This document shows positions 57,384 to 64,000 of a stretch of DNA of 64,000 bases, piece by piece; within the stretch, counting starts at the first letter, position 1, and each line of letters begins with the position of its first letter. The translations under genes and the position numbers were made by a program. The stretch comes from Minisyncoccota bacterium (GTDB lineage Bacteria; Patescibacteriota; Minisyncoccia; Phycocordibacterales; UBA9973): contig JAGOQQ010000003.1 in the NCBI GenBank assembly GCA_017991395.1, positions 2,400-66,399 of the forward strand, written 5' to 3'. The notes beneath the pieces were generated by a model, which was given only the letters and a program-made list of their open reading frames with translations, made no database searches and had not been told where the DNA came from.

Positions 57384-58451
57384 TTAAAAACTTCCAGTAG
57401 CTACGTAAGTAAGTGTTGCACTATATGATCCCGCTTCAGTGTTTGAAGCGATGTTTGCTATGTATCGAGCTGAATATGTAGTAGTTGCTGATGGTATTGT
57501 TGAAGCAGCTATTTCATCTGGAAATGCTGCAGAATCAAATGCAAATCCAGCTGCGGCATATGGAGCAGTAACTGCACCTGAACCTCCTGATGCAGTGAAG
57601 CGAACTCCGAATTGTTCAGAACCTACTGATGTAGCGGTGTTTGAAGCACCGATTGCGGTGATTGTTTTTGCACCGTCTGTGAGAGTGTTTCCTGTGAGAG
57701 TGATTATGTATCCGCCGGCTGCGTTTGTTCCTGCAGCAAGAGTGTGTGCTTCTACTTCTGTGGCATTACCTGCTGCGTTGTCGGCAAAAGTGTCATCAGA
57801 AGCAGAAAGGTTTCCGAATTCTATAGTGTTGTCTGAGATTGCAAAAGTGAGAGTTGGTTGTACTGTTGCAGTGACGACGACTTGGTCGTCTGTGATGATG
57901 TCTACAGCTGATGTTCCTGTGTCTCCAAATGATCCTCCGACAACAACAGTATCATCATCATCCACGTCTGTTGGGTTGGTGATTTGGTTTGCACCAGTTC
58001 CACTACTTACTGCGTTTGTACCAACACGGAAACGCACACATCGATCTGCGGTGACAGTACCTGTACCAGAAGTGAGTGTGATCACTTGTCCAGACTTTGC
58101 AATACCCCATGTTGCACCTGAAGGAGTTGTGTTGGTTGCAGCCTCGTTGAATGTTGCTGAAGTACAGTTGTTGGTTGTACCGATTGCAAAGTCAACATCA
58201 TCTTCGGTAATAGGTGTAAGTGACCATTCTCCAGAGTATGTAAGAGTTATTATTCCACCTGCTCCTACTCCTGTAGGAGTTACGAACTTGATTTCCTGGT
58301 TTGAAAGCTCAGAAACCTTGAGTCGGCTAAGCACGACAGAATAGCTTGTGATTGTCGCAGCCATTGCATTCAATGGAAAAAATCCAACACACAAAGAAAG
58401 TATCGTTGCAAAAAATGCCATTCCGCCCATTGTTTTTTTAAAAAAATTCAT
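57384..58451 (-). CDS. secreted Thr/Ala/Gly-rich surface protein with C-terminal WxL-like (YxL) domain
   Basis: Signal peptide MNFFKKTMGGMAFFATILSLCVG...NAMA. C-terminal ~160 aa (PTLTFAISDNTIEFGNLS...GGYIITLTGNTLTDGAKTITA...GSYSATLTYVATGSF) is shared with two neighbours. Confidence 0.5.
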   Translation of the reverse strand: MNFFKKTMGGMAFFATILSLCVGFFPLNAMAATITSYSVVLSRLKVSELSNQEIKFVTPTGVGAGGIITLTYSGEWSLTPITEDDVDFAIGTTNNCTSATFNEAATNTTPSGATWGIAKSGQVITLTSGTGTVTADRCVRFRVGTNAVSSGTGANQITNPTDVDDDDTVVVGGSFGDTGTSAVDIITDDQVVVTATVQPTLTFAISDNTIEFGNLSASDDTFADNAAGNATEVEAHTLAAGTNAAGGYIITLTGNTLTDGAKTITAIGASNTATSVGSEQFGVRFTASGGSGAVTAPYAAAGFAFDSAAFPDEIAASTIPSATTTYSARYIANIASNTEAGSYSATLTYVATGSF

Positions 58452-58579
58452 AATTAATAGTACTAAGTAAATAATAATCAATAAAAAACATTCTCCCAAT
58501 TTGATATATATATATTATATAGTGTTATTTAAAAACACCTAGTATAGTTTTCCACATACACAAAAGATTTTAAATCTAA

Positions 58580-59644
58580 CTAAAAACGTCCAGTTCCTAC
58601 ATATGTGAGTGTGGTGGTGTATGATCCCGCTTCAGTGTTGGCTGCAATGTTTGCAATATACCTCGCTGAGTATGTGGTGGTTGCAGTAGGTGCTGTGGAT
58701 GCTGCAATTTCATCAGGAAATGCAGCTGTATCAAATGCAAATCCAGAAGCCGCATATGGAGCCGTAACTGCGCCTGAACCTCCTGATGCAGTGAACCGTA
58801 CTCCGAATTGTTCAGAACCTACTGATGTGGCAGTGTTTGAAGCACCAATTGCAGTGATTGTTTTTGCACCGTCTGTAAGCGTGGCACCATTCATGGTGAT
58901 TACGTATCCACTCGCTGCGTTTGTCGACGCTGAAAGTGTATGTGCTTCAACTTCTGTTGCGTTTCCTCCTGAATCATCAGCAAAGGTATCGTCACCGGCA
59001 GAAAGGTTTCCGAATTCTATGGTGTTGTCTGAAATTGCGAAAGTAAATGACGGCTGAACAATCGCAGTGACGACAACTTGGTCGTTTGTGATGATGTCTA
59101 CGTATGCAGTACCTGAGTCGCCCCCAGCTATAGAGACAGTCAAGGTATCGTCATCATCTTCAGACCCATTAGTAATTTGACTATCACCTGTAAAGCCATA
59201 TGAAGCATTTGTTCCAAAATAAAATCTTACACACCTATCACTATCCACCGCACCAGTGTCTGAATGAATTAAAATTGATTGTCCTGCAACCTCAACCCCC
59301 CAAGTAGCGCCCGACGAGGCTGAATCTAATTCCTCCTCTGTAAATGTTGCAGTGGTGCAATCATTTGAATCTCCTATTGCAAAATCAACATCTTTCCAAT
59401 CAAAAGCGCCCATACCCGTAAAATCTGCACTCCATGTAAAAGTAGTCGTACTTCCTGCGGAAATTCCTGATGGCACCACAAAATAAACTGTTTGATTTGC
59501 GGCAACATTTGCTCTTAATCTTGAGAGGTATACTTGAAAATTTGTAACAGAAGCTGCAAAAACCACTTGAGGAAAGAGTATTGGGGTACAAAAAAATACC
59601 AACACAAAAAATGGAATTACATTTTTTTTCATTAAAACATTCAT
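58580..59644 (-). CDS. secreted surface protein, paralogue with the same C-terminal WxL-like domain (~90% identical over that domain)
   Basis: Start chosen at the MNVLMKK Met at 59644; the 5' part of the listed ORF overlaps the upstream gene. Signal ...QVVFAAS. Confidence 0.5.
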   Translation of the reverse strand: MNVLMKKNVIPFFVLVFFCTPILFPQVVFAASVTNFQVYLSRLRANVAANQTVYFVVPSGISAGSTTTFTWSADFTGMGAFDWKDVDFAIGDSNDCTTATFTEEELDSASSGATWGVEVAGQSILIHSDTGAVDSDRCVRFYFGTNASYGFTGDSQITNGSEDDDDTLTVSIAGGDSGTAYVDIITNDQVVVTAIVQPSFTFAISDNTIEFGNLSAGDDTFADDSGGNATEVEAHTLSASTNAASGYVITMNGATLTDGAKTITAIGASNTATSVGSEQFGVRFTASGGSGAVTAPYAASGFAFDTAAFPDEIAASTAPTATTTYSARYIANIAANTEAGSYTTTLTYVGTGRF

Positions 59645-59678
59645 GGTTAAATTTAGTATATCATTTTTATATGCACAT

Positions 59679-62600
59679 TTAAAAATTTCCAGTTGCAATA
59701 TATGTAATTGTCGAAGAATATTGTCCCGCTTCTGTGATTGCTGAAATATTTCCGAGATATCGAACAGAATATGTTGTGAGTGTATTGTCCCCAGTAGCTG
59801 CGGATGCGACTTCATCTGGAACCGAAACACCATCGTATGCATAGTTTGACGCGTGATTGTATGGAGAAGATGCTGCACCTGATCCACCTGAAGCGGTAAC
59901 TCTAATACCAAATTGTTCTGTATTTGTCGAAGATGCGGCACTTGTGCCACCAATAGCATCGATTGATTTTGCGCCATCGGCAAGAGAAGCTCCAGAAACC
60001 GTCACAAGATATCCGGATGGCGCATTTGTGGTGACATCAAATGTATGCGCAACAGTCTCTGACCCCGATCCAAGTGTGTCTCCGGTGGCATATCGTGCGG
60101 CTCCAGATGAGAGATTTCCAAATCCGATTGTATTATCAGAAATTGCAAATGTGAGTGATGGTGTAAATGAACTAAATGTCCAATTCGTATTTCCTGTCGA
60201 ATCATAGTTTGAGGTATCAGATGCATCAATTGTCACTCCTCCGCTTGCATCAGAATCTTTGGCATCAACATTAAACACAATTGCATCTCCACCGACCACA
60301 TTAAAATACCAAGGATTTCCAGATGTAGACGATCGTAATGCCACTCGAGTTCCTGTGGCTTGACCATTAAAATCAATTCCATTGCCGATTTGGTATGTTT
60401 CTCCTTCTTGGAATCGTATTTTTACATTTGCAGTCGTTACCACAAAAGTCTTTTCTACATTAAATCCATCTAAAAATATTACCGAAGGACTCGTATCGGG
60501 ATTGCTACCTGAGTTATTTACTATTTGAAGATCTTGAAATGGATAATCAATCATCCCACCCGCAGGACCAGACAATATCTGCTGACTTGCGCCATCTAGA
60601 GTTAATGTACTCCCATTATGATAAAACACTGCATTGTTTGTATAATCTCCACCGAGAGTCCATTCAATAGTATTTGGTGCATCAAATTGTGCGCCTGAAT
60701 TAATTGTCAAATCTCCGTTTATATCCAAAGCTGAAGCATTTGAAGTGAACACTGAACCGGAATTTAATGTGAATCCTCCTGTAGTAAATGAAAAATTGGA
60801 ACCACTAGTATCAAGATTTGTTGTTGCCGAACCGGTCGGAGTAAGGACTGTATTTCCAGAAACCACAAGCTCATCTGCAAACACAAAATCAAGCTGACAT
60901 GCACACCCACTAGGAGTCACTGAAAAATTTGTATTAATAGTCGATATTGCCCCTGACTGAATTGTGTATATTCTCCCCACAGAAGCAAAAGATGGCGAGA
61001 GTGTTAAATTTCCATAAGTATCTCCGTCTATTGTAACGGCCGCATCACCATTGTATACATACGTAGCACTTCCCGCATTATGAGTTCCACCATCAGTAAA
61101 TGGCAAAGATACCGCTCCAGTGAGTGTGACAGTAGATGCATTTGCTTCCCATGTGGTTGATGCATCAATTGTAATTGAACGCATCGTCACGGCGTAGTTT
61201 GACACATTTGTATTAAATACCACAGTCGCGGTTCCGGTAGGATTTACATCAATATCACTATTTGAACCACCAGTAAACACGCCACCTGTATTAAGTGTTA
61301 ATTCATATGGTGTGATACTTGCTGATGGCACAACAGAAACATCCCCTGTAAAAGTAATTGTACTTCCAGATGTAAATTGATACGCTCGATCGGCGGTAAT
61401 AGCAGGATTCACTGTGACATTGTTGAATGTAATAGCCCCTGAAGTCATCGGATTTACATCTGCATTTGCATTGAACACTACAGTCGAAGTTCCTGCAGTA
61501 AATGTTCCACTAGAAAGGGTGAATGGTGTTGATGATCCTGTAAGTGTAATTGTCGATCCATTTGCAGTTAAAATTCCTCCTGAAAGAATTTCGATTCTTC
61601 CTGCTTCGAGTGCATAGTTTGTACCTGTGGTATTCCACTCACAATCTGCAGAAGTATTTTTCTTAATTGTGAGAAGGTCAGTGACGTCAATAGTATTTGC
61701 CATATCCACTTGAAGCTCATAAACACCACCAGAGCCAGACGGGTTGCAAAGTAGATCGTCCAACACAGTCACAGCACTTGTCGAAATTGTATAGGTACGT
61801 GATGCAGTAAGTGTGGGTGAAAGTTCCAAATCATAAAACTCTGTTATTCCCGACGAAAGTGTGAGTGTTCCTACACCATTGAAAATCACAGTACTTGTTC
61901 CCTCATCAAAAGTACCTGCACTTCGTGTAAGTGGTGACGAAGATGTACCAGTCAAGGTAATTGTCGAAGTCTCTGCGGTGAAAGTTGCTCGTGCGTCGGA
62001 TAGTGTTAAGGATGCCGCGGTGACTGAGTACCCATTAGTTTGCAACTCAGCATATGCAGTACTCGACGGAATTATCTGTATTCTGTCTGTCGCAGATATT
62101 CCACCAGCACCAAGATCTACGGTCAGTGCATTATTGTTTATAAATGATGAAGTTGGGCTAATTATAAAATCATCATTAACTGTTATTGCGCCTGCACCGA
62201 AAGTATAGGTTTTTCCAGTTGAAAGTTCTGGTGAAAGAGTGATGTTGTTGAAAGTAATTGCACCTGAGGTGAGAGTAGTACTTCCATCACCGTTAAAAAT
62301 CACAGTACTTGTCGAAGGAGTAAATGTTCCGCTGTTTGTAAACATCACACCACTTGTACCATATATTGTGATAGTGTATGTTCCGCCAGCATTCAGTGTA
62401 TGCGAACTGGCAATCGAAATTGTTTTTGCGTTCATTCCTGACGCAAGAAGTAATTGAGGTGTTGATGTTCCACCTGTAAGACTAATATCTCCAAGACTAT
62501 CGAGTGATCCGTTGTTTGTAAATGTTGCGGTACCTACCGATGAAAACGTAATTGGATTTGCCGAAGACGCAATCCATACCGCACTCGTGTGTATTGTCAT

Positions 62601-64000
62601 ATCACCTTTGAGTACAAGTGCAGGATCGTAAGTATCGTGCTGAAGTGTGAGGGTTCCTCCATTCCCCACAACAAAATCTTCATTCACTGTGATTGTTTGT
62701 GATGTTGTCGTACCGAGTGTGTATGTTTGAGTACCAGATGCGGGATACACTTGCAATGTGGCGTATGTGGTCGCTTGAACTTCAGTCGCAGAAGTTCCAG
62801 TAAATCGTGTGATATTTCTATCTGGTGTATAGGTTCCTTCTACGACAAAAGGTCGAGATGTTCCTGTGCCACTATTTGAAAGTGTCAAAGTCTCCGTCAC
62901 ACCAGTGTACGTTCCTGCCGATCCAATTTTTAACACAGTCGAATTCACATCACCTCCAGGAGTATATTCATCTACAACAAGCACACCACCGGTAGTATAT
63001 GTAGGTACGTTTGTTGAACATGTAAAAAGATTGTCACCAGAAGCTGGGTATGTTGAAAATCCACACACTTCGACGTTTGTCGTCGCATCAGTGTGAGTAT
63101 GATAAATAGCCGCTCGGTCTACGTACAAATGCAGAGTTTGATTTGCAGCATTTACTTCTGAAATCGAGTTTGCATCATTTGCGTTTCCTTGAATATATAC
63201 TGCGATCTGATCTCCGGCCGAAATTCCAACGTTTGAAAATGAGTACGCCCCGCCTGATGCCGTGGTTGTGACCGGCGAGCCATTGTTGATTGAGAGTGCG
63301 ATAGTGTATCCAGTGGTGTCTAATGTGGATTCACTTCCCGATTGGTAAATATTTCCCGATACTGTGTACTCAGGAACAGTATCAACCCATCCCATCGTGA
63401 CAAATGCAAAATCAAGTTCATTGTTTGTACCAGCTGCTCCTGGAGATGAATTTCGCAAGCGAAGCCATACTTTATCACTCACCGTATTTACTATATCTTC
63501 TGGCCAGACATTAAATCCGTTGATTCCCTGACAAGTTCCAGTTGCACTACAACCAGAAAGCCCAAACACAGTTCCGATAGTAATCGGATCACTATACACG
63601 GCAGTAGTAGTGGCACCAGAAGTGGCATTTGAAGTAGAGCCCACAGATGTCACACCAAAATTAGAGCCAGATTTATCAAACATAGACAAAAGCACTGTTC
63701 CATTTACACTTGAACGAAATCTCCCCCCCACGAATACAGATGTTAGATAGACATTGTCTGGTTTAGTAAGCGGGAAATTGAGCCACTGTGCACCACCATA
63801 TTCTTGGTTGATATCATTGTCACTATCATACGCATAAAACGCTGTTCCAAATGTATTCGATTCTTGCACTGCTGTATTAATCCACTGCGCTGCTGTCGTA
63901 GTTGTGTCAATAGTTCGAGTATCCGTACAATCTCCCGATGAAAGTGTTCCAAATGATATGAAGCAATCTGTTCCCGCAGAATCATTGTTTGTGCTTCCCA
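59679..64000 (-). CDS. giant (>1,440 aa) Thr/Gly/Ser/Asn-rich surface protein, C-terminal WxL-like domain; N-terminus lies beyond the window end
   Basis: The minus-strand frame is open from 59679 through position 64000 with no in-frame ATG/GTG/TTG upstream of the listed GTG at 63869. No signal peptide at the listed start. The repetitive beta-strand-like composition suggests a beta-helix/adhesin-like fold. Confidence 0.55.
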   Translation of the reverse strand, partial: GSTNNDSAGTDCFISFGTLSSGDCTDTRTIDTTTTAAQWINTAVQESNTFGTAFYAYDSDNDINQEYGGAQWLNFPLTKPDNVYLTSVFVGGRFRSSVNGTVLLSMFDKSGSNFGVTSVGSTSNATSGATTTAVYSDPITIGTVFGLSGCSATGTCQGINGFNVWPEDIVNTVSDKVWLRLRNSSPGAAGTNNELDFAFVTMGWVDTVPEYTVSGNIYQSGSESTLDTTGYTIALSINNGSPVTTTASGGAYSFSNVGISAGDQIAVYIQGNANDANSISEVNAANQTLHLYVDRAAIYHTHTDATTNVEVCGFSTYPASGDNLFTCSTNVPTYTTGGVLVVDEYTPGGDVNSTVLKIGSAGTYTGVTETLTLSNSGTGTSRPFVVEGTYTPDRNITRFTGTSATEVQATTYATLQVYPASGTQTYTLGTTTSQTITVNEDFVVGNGGTLTLQHDTYDPALVLKGDMTIHTSAVWIASSANPITFSSVGTATFTNNGSLDSLGDISLTGGTSTPQLLLASGMNAKTISIASSHTLNAGGTYTITIYGTSGVMFTNSGTFTPSTSTVIFNGDGSTTLTSGAITFNNITLSPELSTGKTYTFGAGAITVNDDFIISPTSSFINNNALTVDLGAGGISATDRIQIIPSSTAYAELQTNGYSVTAASLTLSDARATFTAETSTITLTGTSSSPLTRSAGTFDEGTSTVIFNGVGTLTLSSGITEFYDLELSPTLTASRTYTISTSAVTVLDDLLCNPSGSGGVYELQVDMANTIDVTDLLTIKKNTSADCEWNTTGTNYALEAGRIEILSGGILTANGSTITLTGSSTPFTLSSGTFTAGTSTVVFNANADVNPMTSGAITFNNVTVNPAITADRAYQFTSGSTITFTGDVSVVPSASITPYELTLNTGGVFTGGSNSDIDVNPTGTATVVFNTNVSNYAVTMRSITIDASTTWEANASTVTLTGAVSLPFTDGGTHNAGSATYVYNGDAAVTIDGDTYGNLTLSPSFASVGRIYTIQSGAISTINTNFSVTPSGCACQLDFVFADELVVSGNTVLTPTGSATTNLDTSGSNFSFTTGGFTLNSGSVFTSNASALDINGDLTINSGAQFDAPNTIEWTLGGDYTNNAVFYHNGSTLTLDGASQQILSGPAGGMIDYPFQDLQIVNNSGSNPDTSPSVIFLDGFNVEKTFVVTTANVKIRFQEGETYQIGNGIDFNGQATGTRVALRSSTSGNPWYFNVVGGDAIVFNVDAKDSDASGGVTIDASDTSNYDSTGNTNWTFSSFTPSLTFAISDNTIGFGNLSSGAARYATGDTLGSGSETVAHTFDVTTNAPSGYLVTVSGASLADGAKSIDAIGGTSAASSTNTEQFGIRVTASGGSGAASSPYNHASNYAYDGVSVPDEVASAATGDNTLTTYSVRYLGNISAITEAGQYSSTITYIATGNF

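Noticed and set aside
57439-62457. Plus-strand ORFs (e.g. 57439..58344, 58605..59057, 61861..62208, 62239..62457) inside the surface-protein genes
   Set aside because: These are antisense mirror frames of highly repetitive Thr/Ala/Gly-rich genes, with the same low complexity and no independent signals.

Overview
This 64-kb window comes from an AT-rich, gene-dense bacterial genome that looks like an ultra-small Patescibacteria/CPR-type organism. Evidence for that placement: shortened ValRS, TsaD with an insertion, many small Sec-secreted two-helix membrane proteins, weak Shine-Dalgarno sequences, a group I intron inside a tRNA, and many perfect-palindrome terminators.

Housekeeping backbone:
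- gltX (N-terminal part, runs off the window start), gmk, tsaD, valS.
- PrsW-like protease, Hsp20, a histidine-phosphatase-family protein, a glutaredoxin-like protein.
- gyrA, rpsA, rlmB, pth, lepB, hisS, def, fmt, hpf, pyk.
- msrA, msrB, rsmE, uppP, rnhB, dnaE.

tRNAs: three genes, Phe-GAA, Arg-CCU (minus strand), and an Asn-GUU split by a ~570-nt group I intron that encodes an HNH endonuclease. Each tRNA has partial duplicated copies of its own ends nearby, which is the scar pattern of site-specific recombination.

Accessory content, in window order:
1. A diverged 51-bp duplicate of the tsaD 3' end flanks a lipoprotein cassette. It contains a palindrome kept intact by compensatory changes.
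2. An operon of a SAM-methyltransferase, a membrane-anchored solute-binding-protein-like gene, and five tandem paralogues of a small secreted two-TM protein. These resemble TrbC/VirB2 (T4SS-type) pilins.
3. A small membrane-protein gene is flanked by oppositely oriented arrays of a TTATCCGCG-like (DnaA-box-like) 9-mer and by a 3x22-bp perfect tandem repeat.
4. A GC-richer islet at the tRNA-Asn 3' end is bounded by ~160-bp direct repeats whose termini copy the tRNA 3' end. It carries an NMO/FabK-like FMN oxidoreductase.
5. A metazoan-type arginine (phosphagen) kinase.
6. A SET-domain protein.
7. An unannotated 42-aa basic ORF with its own promoter and terminator.
8. A >11-kb minus-strand operon of cell-surface proteins, the most striking locus. 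It encodes two cohesin-like proteins, a dockerin-bearing protein, a DUF916/CscA-like anchored protein, and three paralogues sharing a ~160-aa WxL-like (Trp->Tyr) C-terminal domain. One of these is a giant >1,440-aa Thr/Gly/Ser-rich protein that runs off the window end.

All calls rest on reading the sequence and the supplied ORF translations. No database searches were run.
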